Assembly: GCA_009992215.1 (NCBI GenBank)
Contig: JAACWB010000005.1
Location: forward strand, 16,676-80,675
Reading direction: 5' to 3'
Length of the DNA: 64,000 nt
From: an archaeon
GTDB taxonomy: Archaea > Nanobdellota > Nanobdellia > Pacearchaeales > GW2011-AR1
A program made the translations under genes and the position numbers. Position 1 is the stretch's first letter. Each line of letters starts with the position of its first letter. Of this stretch, positions 1 through 10,176 are shown one piece after another. Under the pieces are notes generated by a model, which saw nothing but the letters and a program-made list of their open reading frames with translations, ran no database searches and was not told the DNA's origin.

Positions 1-979
1 CTAAAATGTTTGTTGAACCAAACCAGAATGCCAAACCTGAAATTGCTTGACCATTTACAAAGTGTCCTAGCCAAGTCGGGTGTCCTAGCCAATTTTCTAA
101 AAGTCCACCAAATAATTGTAAGTTTGCAATTAATGCCGCTGATAAAATTACTGGAATAACTGAAGCGTAGAAAAATGACAATGGCCATTTAACTCCGTAC
201 CCTCTTACTCTACCATAAGATAAAGGAATTTCAACTTTAAGAGATTGTGCCCAAACTACTGCTAAGAAAATTAAAACTGTTACAACTAATGCTGCTAGAG
301 CTGAAACGAATTCTATTGGGTACCTGCTAATAATTGATTGTAATAAAACTAAAATTTTACCTGAACAAGGGGTGTTTGCAAAATCAACTAAACAACTTTT
401 TCCTTGAACATCTACAAATTGGAATGCTGCTGTGAATAATCTCCACGAAACTCCTGCTGCAATAAATAAACTTACTCCTGAACCGAATCCCCATTTTTCA
501 CAGAGTTCATTCATGTAATAAATTGCAAGTCCACCAAGAATTAATTGGATTACAACAATTCCTGTGTAACCGGGCATTGCTTGAAGTCCATTCATTAAAA
601 CATAAACTAATGCTTCGAAAATAATAAAGAAGAAAACTAATAATTTTTGCAATCCTTGGAAGAATTTTTTACCTTCAACAGTTGATGTATCAATTTTAAT
701 AATTTCTGCACCAGTTAATAATTGTAAAATAATTGAGGCCATTACGATTGGACCAATACCAAGGGAAATTATTGAACCAAAATCTGTACCCATAATAATT
801 GCTAGATATTTGAATCTTTCAAGAGTGTTTGAAGCAAGGCCATATAAGGAGATATTTGCTAGAATAAAAAATGCTGCTAGAACAATTAAAGTCCATTTCA
901 ATTTAACGTTAAAACTAAGCTTTTTCTCTTCAGGCTTTGTTACCTCTGGAATAAAACTAAATATATCTCTTACTGCCAT
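1..979 (-). CDS. secY: Preprotein translocase SecY (3' end runs off the window)
   Basis: Not in the ORF track. Minus-strand ATG at 979 reads MAVRDIFSFIPEVTKPEEKKLSFNVKLKWT; contains SLGIGPIVMASIILQLL and EKWGFGSGVSLFIAAGV, typical of archaeal SecY. Confidence 0.95.
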   Translation of the reverse strand, partial: MAVRDIFSFIPEVTKPEEKKLSFNVKLKWTLIVLAAFFILANISLYGLASNTLERFKYLAIIMGTDFGSIISLGIGPIVMASIILQLLTGAEIIKIDTSTVEGKKFFQGLQKLLVFFFIIFEALVYVLMNGLQAMPGYTGIVVIQLILGGLAIYYMNELCEKWGFGSGVSLFIAAGVSWRLFTAAFQFVDVQGKSCLVDFANTPCSGKILVLLQSIISRYPIEFVSALAALVVTVLIFLAVVWAQSLKVEIPLSYGRVRGYGVKWPLSFFYASVIPVILSAALIANLQLFGGLLENWLGHPTWLGHFVNGQAISGLAFWFGSTNIL

Positions 980-1025
980 AACCAGTAAAAAGGATTTTAC
1001 TTTTTAAAGGTTACTCGTATGTTGA

Positions 1026-1625
1026 TTATTCGAAAAATTTGTTGAAAAAATCATCGAGGTTTCTTGTTTTAAGAGGCATTTGTGAATTTGTTAAAAAAAC
1101 TACTTTATTTGGGAAAATAGTATATTGTTCTCTCATCCTAGCCCAAGTATTTAATGAAATTTGTTTTATTGGTACTATCTTTCTTGCCGTCGTATTTTCT
1201 TTTATTTCAGAAATAGCATTCGATAAACACAATCCATTATACATCCCTCCAACAAAAATGTTTTTGTTTGAAAAATAATTTAATTCTTGTTTTTTGTAAG
1301 GGTCACCACAAGAACCATTTGTAAAAATTACTTTATCAAAGAAATGTTTCTCAACTAATTCTGAAGTTAATTTTGCGTAGTGACTTGGCTCTTCGTATAA
1401 AACGATAGACAAATTTTTTCTTTTTGAGTTGTAAATTTTATCTAAATTTGCAGAATACGTTTCAAATTCATCTACTTTTGACATATATTCTCCATTTAGT
1501 TTGCAAAAATAAGGATGAACAAGAACCAAGCAATTTTTTGAATTTGAATCTGTGCAATTTTCTTTTGCATGTTCTTCTAAGAGCGGAATATTTGAATAAT
1601 ATTCTTGTTTATTAAAAGGCAACAT
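1026..1625 (-). CDS. Hypothetical protein, possible cysteine-hydrolase/isochorismatase-like fold
   Basis: 199 aa ORF; LVLVHPY and IFVGGMYNGLCLSNA segments weakly resemble the fold. Confidence 0.45.
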   Translation of the reverse strand: MLPFNKQEYYSNIPLLEEHAKENCTDSNSKNCLVLVHPYFCKLNGEYMSKVDEFETYSANLDKIYNSKRKNLSIVLYEEPSHYAKLTSELVEKHFFDKVIFTNGSCGDPYKKQELNYFSNKNIFVGGMYNGLCLSNAISEIKENTTARKIVPIKQISLNTWARMREQYTIFPNKVVFLTNSQMPLKTRNLDDFFNKFFE

Positions 1626-1707
1626 AAGATTGTCTTGGAATTAAGTTATAAAAGATTATTGGTGTTCAAAACAATAAAATATTAAAGCCCCAAATCCATA
1701 AACTAAT

Positions 1708-1965
1708 ATGATTAAAAAAATAGCGAATAACATTTATTTGAAATTACAAAATTTTTTTCAAATTTCAACACCTTGCACAACTTATGAATCGGATTTATTG
1801 ATAAAAACACTTGGAGGATTTCCAAGACAAGAAGATATTGATGGAATTAATTATTTAGTTTTAGGGAATACTTATTATATTCCACAATTTGGAGAAAAAA
1901 ATCAAAGTTATAAAATTATGAAAGAAGGTAAACTCATAGATTTAATTGACGAAAACAAAAAATAA
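1708..1965 (+). CDS. Hypothetical protein
   Basis: 85 aa ORF with ATG, convergent with uL15. Confidence 0.5.
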   Translation: MIKKIANNIYLKLQNFFQISTPCTTYESDLLIKTLGGFPRQEDIDGINYLVLGNTYYIPQFGEKNQSYKIMKEGKLIDLIDENKK

Positions 1966-1967
1966 AG

Positions 1968-2459
1968 TTATTCTTTCTTTTTCTTAGGGTGTTCAACCAA
2001 AGGAGTTATGATTTCTTTAACTTCTTTAACTGTCACACTTCCACCAGCAGCTTCAATCTTTTCTATTGCTACTTTTGATGCTTCAAGACAGTTTACAGTT
2101 AATTTTTCTTTTACTTCTCCAGTTCCTAAAATTTTATATTTAGGTAAATTAATTTCGTAACCGTCTTTAGTTTTTTTAGCATATTTGTCTAAGTGATTCA
2201 TCAAGTCGAATAAATTGATTCTAAGTCTTGTGTCTCTTTTTGTTCCACGAGAAGTTACTCCTTGTTTACCGAAGTAATCGTGTCCGTACAAATTTAAGAT
2301 TAAAGTTTTTTTATGATCTGCTCTCTTACCAGTACCACTCATACCAATTCCACCTTTGTGTCCTGATTTTTTTCTTTTCTTTCTAGCTCCTCCACCGTGA
2401 GTTCCCATTCCTCTTCCGTGCATTCTACTAGCTTTTTTTCTTTTTACTAATCTTGTCAT
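1968..2459 (-). CDS. rpl15: 50S ribosomal protein uL15
   Basis: RMHGRGMGTHGGG...GHKGGIGMSG, KILGTG motifs; operon position. Confidence 0.97.
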   Translation of the reverse strand: MTRLVKRKKASRMHGRGMGTHGGGARKKRKKSGHKGGIGMSGTGKRADHKKTLILNLYGHDYFGKQGVTSRGTKRDTRLRINLFDLMNHLDKYAKKTKDGYEINLPKYKILGTGEVKEKLTVNCLEASKVAIEKIEAAGGSVTVKEVKEIITPLVEHPKKKKE

Positions 2460-2460
2460 T

Positions 2461-2814
2461 TTATAACATCCTTAAAATTAATTCATTTATTTCTTTGTTT
2501 TCTCCCAAAATACCTTTTGGATAATGGAATTTAGTATTAGCTCCGCCTCTTGGAGGGTGTAATCTAAAGAAAGGTTTTAAATTTCCTTGAGTATCTTTTT
2601 TTCCTCTTTCTTTTACTAATTTTTCATAAGTTTCTTTTGAAATTTCACCGTATGAAATAAAGTTTCTCATTTTTTTAATCATTCCAAGTTGTGCTTCATT
2701 TGGATTTTCAAGAACAACACAAGCATATTTTTTTCTAAGTCTTAATCTTGATAAAGTTTCAACTACTTCTTTGTTCAAATTGATTTGTCCTCTAATTCTT
2801 ATTGCTGCTATCAT
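2461..2814 (-). CDS. rpl30: 50S ribosomal protein uL30
   Basis: AAIRIRG, FRLHPPRGG, INELILRM. Confidence 0.97.
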   Translation of the reverse strand: MIAAIRIRGQINLNKEVVETLSRLRLRKKYACVVLENPNEAQLGMIKKMRNFISYGEISKETYEKLVKERGKKDTQGNLKPFFRLHPPRGGANTKFHYPKGILGENKEINELILRML

Positions 2815-3650
2815 TTTCTATTTGTCTCCTTTAATGCTTCAATACAAGCTTTAGCCAAGTTGAAAGTTGTTCTAACTTTACCACTTGTTTTTGAATAAAC
2901 ATCTTTGATTCCTGCCATTTTTAAAATCTTTTGTAATTCTCTAGCACAAACTAAACCAGTACCTTGTGGAGCAGGAATTAATTCTACTGTAACACTTCCT
3001 GATTTTCCTTTTACAACGAATGGAACAGTGTGTTTTTCAGAACAGTTGCAATCAAAAGCTGCGCATCCTCTTGATACTTTAATTACACTTAATTTTGCTT
3101 TTCTTGTTGCTTTATCTCTTGCAGGCAGAGTTTCTCCTGATTTTCCAACACCAATTCCAACATGACCATTTTCGTCTCCAGCTACAGCCATTGCTGAAAA
3201 AGTTAAAACTCCTCCTTCTTGAGTAATTCTTTGAGTTTGTCTCCAGGCTCTTCTTTTTCCACCACCAAACTTACCTTTAGCTTGACCTTGTGCAATTAAA
3301 TCTACTTTTGGTGAAATTAATTTGTCAACAATTTCAGATTCAAGAATCTTTTGATCATTATCTAAAATTTCATCAATGCTTTTTATTTTTCCTGATTTAA
3401 CATCTTTACCTAATTTTGTTTTTGGTTCCCAAGCTAAAACAATTTCTTCAGTAGTTGGTTCGTATCTTCCTCTTCTTTGAGGAACTTTTTTTTCAACTTT
3501 TTCTTCAACTATTTCGTCGATTGATTCAATTTCTTCAACGGCATCTAATAATTCTTCAGTTACTTCTTTAACTTTCTCTGCTTTTTTTAGAGCTTTTTCA
3601 ACTGAAACTGTTCCGTGCGCTTTTGCTGTTTTTTTAATATCTTCTTTCAT
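2811..3650 (-). CDS. rps5: 30S ribosomal protein uS5 with a charged N-terminal extension
   Basis: WEPKTKLG, GDENGHVGIG, LIPAPQGTGL. Confidence 0.97.
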   Translation of the reverse strand: MKEDIKKTAKAHGTVSVEKALKKAEKVKEVTEELLDAVEEIESIDEIVEEKVEKKVPQRRGRYEPTTEEIVLAWEPKTKLGKDVKSGKIKSIDEILDNDQKILESEIVDKLISPKVDLIAQGQAKGKFGGGKRRAWRQTQRITQEGGVLTFSAMAVAGDENGHVGIGVGKSGETLPARDKATRKAKLSVIKVSRGCAAFDCNCSEKHTVPFVVKGKSGSVTVELIPAPQGTGLVCARELQKILKMAGIKDVYSKTSGKVRTTFNLAKACIEALKETNRK

Positions 3651-3651
3651 T

Positions 3652-4155
3652 TTATTCTTTATCTATACTTGATTTAATTTTGTCGAACGTTTTTGTAAAA
3701 TCTTCCTTTAAGTGTTCACCTTTGATTCTTTCTTCTTCAGGGAAAGCTTCCTCTTGACAAGCAATATCTAAACCTGAATCGATTGCTCCTTTAAGGAAAG
3801 CGAATAATTTTGTTTTATGTAAAACTCTTAACATTCCAAAGTCTACAATCGGATTTTCTAATTTTTGTTTTTGAATTTGTTTACCCATCAAATATCCAGT
3901 TAAGTATGAAGCTGTTAATGACTTTAAACTTCCTTTCATTTTTTCAGGCCAACCGAATTTTAACAATTTTTTTGATGTGATTCCAATTACAATTTTATCT
4001 TTTGCTTCGTCACTTACAACATATTGTGCAATTATTGAAGTGTTAGTTTTTCTAAAAACTAATCTTGGTTTTTCACTTTTCAGTAATTTTAATCTGTGTA
4101 AATAGTCAGTTTTACATTCTTTTCTTCTTCTTCTAATAGTTTTTTTCATTCTCAT
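3652..4155 (-). CDS. rpl18: 50S ribosomal protein uL18
   Basis: RRRRKECKTDY, RLVFRKTN, ASYLTGYL. Confidence 0.97.
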   Translation of the reverse strand: MRMKKTIRRRRKECKTDYLHRLKLLKSEKPRLVFRKTNTSIIAQYVVSDEAKDKIVIGITSKKLLKFGWPEKMKGSLKSLTASYLTGYLMGKQIQKQKLENPIVDFGMLRVLHKTKLFAFLKGAIDSGLDIACQEEAFPEEERIKGEHLKEDFTKTFDKIKSSIDKE

Positions 4156-4559
4156 TTTCTAAGTCCCTCGATATAAAGTTTTAAATTTGCTTTACTTTTG
4201 AATGCTCTGTTTCTAATTCTTTTTCTAATTTCAGTAACTTCCTCACTTGAAAGTTTACCTTGCTTTTTTAATTCTGAAACAAAAGCTCTTAATTTTCTTG
4301 TTATAATAACATATTCTTGTTTTCTTTTATTAACCTTTAGTTTTACTTTTCCTGTTCCTCTTCTATTTTTTCTTGAAACATTTGTTTTTCTTCCTTTAAC
4401 ATCTTTAATTACAATAGCTCCTGCTGTTTGTAAATCTCTTAAATCTTGTTTTGTGATTGCTTCTTTTATTTCATTTACTCTTTCAGGCACAAAATTTATT
4501 TTTTCTTTTCCTACTTTGAAAGTTTTACTTGCTAATTCTTTTTTCTTTGATAAGTTCAT
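4152..4559 (-). CDS. rpl19e: 50S ribosomal protein eL19
   Basis: KKELAS...VG, IKEAITKQD, RRGTGK. Confidence 0.95.
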   Translation of the reverse strand: MNLSKKKELASKTFKVGKEKINFVPERVNEIKEAITKQDLRDLQTAGAIVIKDVKGRKTNVSRKNRRGTGKVKLKVNKRKQEYVIITRKLRAFVSELKKQGKLSSEEVTEIRKRIRNRAFKSKANLKLYIEGLRK

Positions 4560-4936
4560 TCTTTCTTCTCCTTAGTTTTTAATGATTTCAAAAATGAATC
4601 AACGTTAATATTTTTTAATTCAATTTTTAATTCTTTAGCTTTTTTTGCAATTTCAATTTTTTTCTTTTGTCCAACTCTTGCAACAAAACCAATTTGTCCT
4701 TCTCCAACATTTTGTAGGTCTGCCACGTTGTTTATTACAACTGGTTCTTTCTCGTTAAGTAATCCACGAACTTTCTTGTCAGTAGAATAACCAATTGAAA
4801 CAACTGCTCCGTATCCACGTTTCTTTTCTCTTAATTTGTTGTGTCTACCTGTTGGTTTTCTCCACTTTGCTTTTTTTCCAATAGCATTCCCAAATTTTGA
4901 GTATCTTCTACATTCTCTTCGTAAAAATTTTACCAT
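4556..4936 (-). CDS. rpl32e: 50S ribosomal protein eL32
   Basis: KWRKPTGRHNKLR, VSIGYS; start placed at ATG 4936 (MVKFLRR). Confidence 0.95.
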   Translation of the reverse strand: MVKFLRRECRRYSKFGNAIGKKAKWRKPTGRHNKLREKKRGYGAVVSIGYSTDKKVRGLLNEKEPVVINNVADLQNVGEGQIGFVARVGQKKKIEIAKKAKELKIELKNINVDSFLKSLKTKEKKE

Positions 4937-4940
4937 TTTT

Positions 4941-5483
4941 TTAAATCTCCTTTCCATTCTTTTTAATTATATAAATTCCATCTTGAAAGATTCTTTTATC
5001 TCTTCCTCGAATTTTTGTTGCTGCTTCAAATTTTGCAGAACAGTTTCCTGCAAGTTCTTTATTTACAGATTTTACAAAAATCATGTTTTTGTCAATTTCA
5101 ACATCTGTACCGGCAGTTAAATTAACAACTCTATCAACTTTTTCACCAAGGAAATTTTTTATGATTGCTTTGTTTCCTTCTTTCTTTACAGTGAAAGGGA
5201 AGTGTCCAAAACAAATTTTTAATTCATAAACAAATTTTTCTTGTACTCCTTTAATCATGTTTTCAATGTGAGCTGCGATTGTGTTCATTAATTTTTTTTC
5301 AGTTTTAGTTGATTTTTCATTTCCTAAAGTTAATTTGTTTCCAACTAAAGTTGCATTAACTCTACCAAACTTGAATCTTCTAGTAATTTCTCCTTCTTTT
5401 CCTTTTATTGTTAATGTGTCACCTTCTAAGTTAGCACTAACACCTTCGGGAATTTCAATTGTTACGTTTAAATCTTTTTTCAT
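4941..5483 (-). CDS. rpl6: 50S ribosomal protein uL6
   Basis: IEIPEGV, HFP, NFLGEK, RDKRIFQDGIYI. Confidence 0.97.
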   Translation of the reverse strand: MKKDLNVTIEIPEGVSANLEGDTLTIKGKEGEITRRFKFGRVNATLVGNKLTLGNEKSTKTEKKLMNTIAAHIENMIKGVQEKFVYELKICFGHFPFTVKKEGNKAIIKNFLGEKVDRVVNLTAGTDVEIDKNMIFVKSVNKELAGNCSAKFEAATKIRGRDKRIFQDGIYIIKKNGKEI

Positions 5484-5484
5484 T

Positions 5485-5865
5485 TTAGTAAAAGTATGCT
5501 ACTAAGCAACCTCCAATTTGTTCTTCTTGTGCTTCTTTATGTGTCATTAAACCTTTGTTTGTTGAAAGAATCACAATACCTAAATTTCTTGCAGGAAGAT
5601 ATCTTCTCCTATATTTTTCAATTTGAGATTTGTCACAACTAAATCTTGGTTTAATTGCTTTACATTCAGTTAAATCTCCGATTGTTATTTCTAAAGTTTT
5701 TTCCTTTGAATCTATTTTATATTTTTTAATTGCTCCTTCTTGCTTCATAATTTTTAATACTTCGATTAACAAATTTGAAATTATTTTTACTTTTACAACT
5801 TCTTTGTTTGCTTTCTTAGCATTTCTTATCATGTTTAGTGCATCAGCAACTATATCGTGTGACAT
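5485..5865 (-). CDS. rps8: 30S ribosomal protein uS8
   Basis: DIVADAL, IKPRF, ILSTNKGLMTH. Confidence 0.97.
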   Translation of the reverse strand: MSHDIVADALNMIRNAKKANKEVVKVKIISNLLIEVLKIMKQEGAIKKYKIDSKEKTLEITIGDLTECKAIKPRFSCDKSQIEKYRRRYLPARNLGIVILSTNKGLMTHKEAQEEQIGGCLVAYFY

Positions 5866-5877
5866 TTTATTTTCCTC

Positions 5878-6108
5878 CTATGAATATTTTTTGAAACCAA
5901 TTTCTTCAGCTACTTCTCTGAAGCAGTGTCTACAAAGGTTAATTCCATATGATTTTATGTGGGCACCATATCTGCCGCATCTTTCACATTTCTTCGCTGC
6001 AATACCAATTTTTCTTTCTTTTGGTTTACAGTGTTTTAGGAATTTTTCCTTCACAGCTGGTTTTGCGTTTAATTGTTTAAAGTAGTTTTCCCAATTACTT
6101 GCTGTCAT
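5878..6108 (-). CDS. rps14: 30S ribosomal protein uS14 (zinc-binding)
   Basis: CERCG...LCRHCFRE...GFKKY. Confidence 0.97.
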   Translation of the reverse strand: MTASNWENYFKQLNAKPAVKEKFLKHCKPKERKIGIAAKKCERCGRYGAHIKSYGINLCRHCFREVAEEIGFKKYS

Positions 6109-6109
6109 T

Positions 6110-6619
6110 TTATATGAATTGTGTTTGGAAGTGTTCTTCCATGAATTTAATTATTTCTTCACGAGTTATAACTTGTCTTTTTGGGATTTTCCCTTGTTTT
6201 ATTTTTCTTAATCTTACTCTTCTTCCTGCTCTTTTGAAAACAATTGTTACATCAAAACCCATAATACCAATATCTCTTTGATATTCAACACCTGGAATTT
6301 CAATATATTCTTTTACACCGAATGAAAAATTATTTTCACTCACTTGTTTTCTTTTGATTGTGTTGTTAATTGCAAGTAAACATCTTTTTATCATGTCTTC
6401 AGGATTGTTTCTTATTGTTATTACTGAACCAATTTCTAAACCCGGTCTAACTCCTAGTGAAGGAATTCTTTTTCTTGATTTTGTTTTTGCTGGTTTACCT
6501 TCAGTTAAAAATTTTAATAATCTATGTCCTCTCTCTAAGTATTCTCCTGTTCCACCTATACTTAAAACAACTTTCTCAATTTTTATTTCCCTCATTGGAT
6601 TAATTTTTTGTTCTTTCAT
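6110..6619 (-). CDS. rpl5: 50S ribosomal protein uL5
   Basis: [29 protein letters not shown]. Confidence 0.97.
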   Translation of the reverse strand: MKEQKINPMREIKIEKVVLSIGGTGEYLERGHRLLKFLTEGKPAKTKSRKRIPSLGVRPGLEIGSVITIRNNPEDMIKRCLLAINNTIKRKQVSENNFSFGVKEYIEIPGVEYQRDIGIMGFDVTIVFKRAGRRVRLRKIKQGKIPKRQVITREEIIKFMEEHFQTQFI

Positions 6620-6620
6620 T

Positions 6621-7265
6621 TTATTCTGTTACCATTAATTGTTTAATTAAAACTTTGAAACTTTGATCTTTTGTGGCTAGTTCAACCATTTGTTTATCTT
6701 CTAACATACTTGTAATAACACCTTTTGAACCAGCGTGCTTTCCCCCGATAATTAAAGCATTTGCTTTTTCTTTTAGAGGTAAAACTTTTGAAATTTCATT
6801 TTTTTCTAAGTCGATTAAAACTGAATCATTAACTTTGCAATCAACTGTTGATAAGTAGTTTCTACCGTCGTATAAGTTCAATTGTGTTTTCTTTCCTTTC
6901 ATTGATTTCTTTCCAATGATTTTTGAAACTTTGAATTTTGCTTCTTTATCAGTTATTTCATCAATTGCATATTTTCCTTTTTCATTTAGTACTAATCTAT
7001 ATGATTTTTTTTCTGGAATTATTGTTAAAGTGTCGAACAATTCAAGACTCTTTTTTTCATCATTAACTAATTTAGTTCCGATAACTAAGTTTTTTTCGTG
7101 AATTGCTAATTTTACTTCTTTTCTTGTTTGTGCCAATTTCATCATGTCTCTAAGTACAACTAAAATTGGAACACCATTTCCGTTTTTCTTTATTACAAAA
7201 GTTGTTCCTTTTCTTGGAATTGGCCAAGTTTTTGGTGCTGAATTTCTTTTTTGATGAGTTTTCAT
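6621..7265 (-). CDS. rps4e: 30S ribosomal protein eS4
   Basis: HQKRNSAPKTWPIPRK, DGRN, GGKHAG. Confidence 0.96.
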   Translation of the reverse strand: MKTHQKRNSAPKTWPIPRKGTTFVIKKNGNGVPILVVLRDMMKLAQTRKEVKLAIHEKNLVIGTKLVNDEKKSLELFDTLTIIPEKKSYRLVLNEKGKYAIDEITDKEAKFKVSKIIGKKSMKGKKTQLNLYDGRNYLSTVDCKVNDSVLIDLEKNEISKVLPLKEKANALIIGGKHAGSKGVITSMLEDKQMVELATKDQSFKVLIKQLMVTE

Positions 7266-7693
7266 TCTGTCTTTTCTCCTTCCTTATTTATTGGTTTAGT
7301 TTCCTTTTTAGGTGTTTTGGTTGTGATTGATTTGAATCTCTTTTTGTCGTCAAGATTCAATTCAATTATTTGTAAATTCGACGATCTTACAGGTACATCT
7401 ACCATTGAACCATCTTGTTTTTTTGTTTGAATTCCTTCAATATAAATTTTTTGTAATTTGATTAACACTTTCGTTACTTTACCTTCTTTGCCTTTGAATT
7501 TTCCTCGCATAATTTTAACTTTATCTCCTTTTCTAACTACAATATTTCTTGTAGAATATTTTTCTCTAAGAGCCTTGATTAAATTTACACTTAGGAATTT
7601 TCTTTTTTTGTGAATTGGTGCGTTAGCTAAATATTTTCTCTGTTTTCTTGGTTTACTACTTCCAACCCATTTGTTTGAATATGCTTTTTTCAT
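7262..7693 (-). CDS. rpl24: 50S ribosomal protein uL24
   Basis: SSKPRKQRK, VRKGDKVKIMRG. Confidence 0.97.
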   Translation of the reverse strand: MKKAYSNKWVGSSKPRKQRKYLANAPIHKKRKFLSVNLIKALREKYSTRNIVVRKGDKVKIMRGKFKGKEGKVTKVLIKLQKIYIEGIQTKKQDGSMVDVPVRSSNLQIIELNLDDKKRFKSITTKTPKKETKPINKEGEKTE

Positions 7694-7694
7694 T

Positions 7695-8096
<402 letters not shown>

Positions 8097-8097
8097 T

Positions 8098-8454
8098 TTA
8101 TTTTTTTAATTCCTCCGCACTTTTCAATTTTTCAACAACCACGAAGTGAATAATTTTACTTAATGGTCTACATTCTCTGATTTTTATCAAATCTCCCAAG
8201 TTAACTTCTTTTTCCATACATACTGGAAGTCTTGCGTGCATCTTAGTTTTTGATTTTGTATATCTTTCGTATTTCTTTACATAGATCATTCTATCAAATT
8301 CAATTGCAATTCTTTTATCGTGTTTTGATACTACAGTTCCCTTGAAAGTTCTACCTCTAGTTTTCAAGTGCCCGTGAATTGGACAATCTTTGTCAGTGCA
8401 TACTACGTTTGTTTTTTCTTCTTTCATTTTTTTTGTTTCCTTTGTTTTTGTCAT
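8098..8454 (-). CDS. rps17: 30S ribosomal protein uS17
   Basis: CTDKDCPIHG, KKYERY, ECRPLSK; start placed at ATG 8454, directly after the SUI1 stop. Confidence 0.95.
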   Translation of the reverse strand: MTKTKETKKMKEEKTNVVCTDKDCPIHGHLKTRGRTFKGTVVSKHDKRIAIEFDRMIYVKKYERYTKSKTKMHARLPVCMEKEVNLGDLIKIRECRPLSKIIHFVVVEKLKSAEELKK

Positions 8455-8455
8455 T

Positions 8456-8752
8456 TTATTCAATTGATTCTTCGTCAAACCCAAGTTTAACGAGGATTGA
8501 TTTTGTTCGTTTTGTGTGGTCTCCTTGTAATTCAATGATGTTATCCTTACTTGTTCCTCCGCAAGCAAGCTCGTTTTTTAGCTCCTTTGCGATTTTTTTA
8601 ACATCGATTGTGTTATCGAAACCTGTGATCACAGTAACAACCTTCCCGTATCTTTTTTTGTCTGTTGTTACCCTTATTCTTTGTGAACTTTTTGTGATTT
8701 GTTCACAAACACATGCTGGAGTTGGTAATCCGCATTTTGGACATATTTCCAT
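8456..8752 (-). CDS. Translation initiation factor aIF1 (SUI1/YciH family)
   Basis: CPKCGLP..ACVC, YGKVVTVI, LACGGT, IELQGDH. Confidence 0.96.
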   Translation of the reverse strand: MEICPKCGLPTPACVCEQITKSSQRIRVTTDKKRYGKVVTVITGFDNTIDVKKIAKELKNELACGGTSKDNIIELQGDHTKRTKSILVKLGFDEESIE

Positions 8753-8754
8753 AG

Positions 8755-8925
8755 TTAATTTATTGTGTGTAGCCTTGCGATGGCTTTTTTAATTTCTTTT
8801 GCTTTTGAACTTCCTTGGCCAGTTTTAGCTTTAGCCTTTACTAATTCCAATTTTAGTTCTTTTAATTTCTTTTCTTTTTCTTCCTTTTTCATGTCTTTAA
8901 TTTGTTTTGCTTTTAATATTGCCAT
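8755..8925 (-). CDS. rpl29: 50S ribosomal protein uL29 (56 aa)
   Basis: Not in the ORF track; manual translation MAILKAKQIKDMKKEEKEKKLKELKLEL...KEIKKAIARLHTIN; canonical position after uS3. Confidence 0.93.
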   Translation of the reverse strand: MAILKAKQIKDMKKEEKEKKLKELKLELVKAKAKTGQGSSKAKEIKKAIARLHTIN

Positions 8926-8926
8926 T

Positions 8927-9598
8927 TTATTTCTTTGCTATTTTTTTAGTTGATTTAATTGGTTTTTTAGCTTTCTCTTCGTTTTCTTTTAATTTTGCAA
9001 TTAAAGAATCTGCTAATTTAATTCTATCTTTTAATACTGCTTCTGGAGGCATGATTGAAACTTTTACACCAACAATTCCTGGTTTTGTTCCGGCAACTGC
9101 TTGTGCTTTATCAACTGCTTTTGATGAGTCACCTGTTTTCTTCAAGTAACCTTGAGCGAAACGCCATGTTTTTGCTCTCGATGAAGGTAATTTTCCACTT
9201 AATCTAATTTCACAACCAAGTGCTCCAGCTTTCATGATTTTTTGAAGAGCTTTGTAAGCTAATACTTTGAATTTCATTGGTCCAAATCTTTCAAGACCAA
9301 GTGCAATATCATCAGCTACTAATTGTGAATCAAATTCTGGTTTTTTAATTTCATCTATTTCAATATGAGGATTTTCTAATTTAAAATCTCTTTTTAACAT
9401 CATAGTTAATTCTTCAATTTTTTCTCCACCACGACCAATAACTAATCCTGGTTTATTTGTTGAAACAATAATTTTTTCACCAACAGGAGTGTATTCGATT
9501 CTTACTTTAGAAACTTTACCTTTTCCAATTTCTAATTTGATTCTTTCTCTTACTTCGAATTCATCTTTCTTGAATTTAACTGTATTTTTTTCTTCCAT
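8927..9598 (-). CDS. rps3: 30S ribosomal protein uS3
   Basis: KPGLVIGRGG, GCEIRLSGKL, GIVGVKV. Confidence 0.97.
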   Translation of the reverse strand: MEEKNTVKFKKDEFEVRERIKLEIGKGKVSKVRIEYTPVGEKIIVSTNKPGLVIGRGGEKIEELTMMLKRDFKLENPHIEIDEIKKPEFDSQLVADDIALGLERFGPMKFKVLAYKALQKIMKAGALGCEIRLSGKLPSSRAKTWRFAQGYLKKTGDSSKAVDKAQAVAGTKPGIVGVKVSIMPPEAVLKDRIKLADSLIAKLKENEEKAKKPIKSTKKIAKK

Positions 9599-9599
9599 T

Positions 9600-10175
9600 T
9601 TATTGTTTTTTCTTTTCTTGTTTAATTAATTTTTTTTCTTTCGCAACAATTACGATGTGTGTTCTTTTCTTTCTTGCTCGTCCACCTTTTGCGTAAGTTG
9701 TTGTTCCTTTGTTTGCAATTGCTTCACAAATAACTGCTTCTTCTAAGTCGTGTTGGTTTGCGTTTCCTTGCAAGTTTCGAATTAAAACTATGAATTCTTT
9801 AGCTGCACGTTCAGGAAATCTTCCTGCCATAATTTTACCTTTTCTATGTGGAATTTCTCCTTTCATTGGTACGGCTTTTTTTAGTTTTGTTACTTCGATT
9901 AAATCATCAATTGCTTTTTGTATTTTTTTGTTTTTGATGAATTTGCAAATTGAAACTGCAGTTTTTGTTGAAACAGGCATTCCAAGGTTAACTGCCTTTA
10001 CTTCATTTCTCTTAACTTTTTTTATTTCAACTTTTTTCTTTTCAGCTTTTGTTTCTTTTTTTGTTTCAGTTTTTACAGGAGCTTTTTCAACAGCTTGTTT
10101 TGTTTCTTTTACAACTGGCGCTGTCTTTTTCTTTTCTGCTTTACTTGTTGGTTTTTCAGTATTTGTTCCTGCCAT
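9600..10175 (-). CDS. rpl22: 50S ribosomal protein uL22 with a K/E/T-rich N-terminal extension
   Basis: VSTK, KKAVP, GRFPERAA, THIVIV. Confidence 0.95.
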   Translation of the reverse strand: MAGTNTEKPTSKAEKKKTAPVVKETKQAVEKAPVKTETKKETKAEKKKVEIKKVKRNEVKAVNLGMPVSTKTAVSICKFIKNKKIQKAIDDLIEVTKLKKAVPMKGEIPHRKGKIMAGRFPERAAKEFIVLIRNLQGNANQHDLEEAVICEAIANKGTTTYAKGGRARKKRTHIVIVAKEKKLIKQEKKKQ

Positions 10176-10176
10176 T

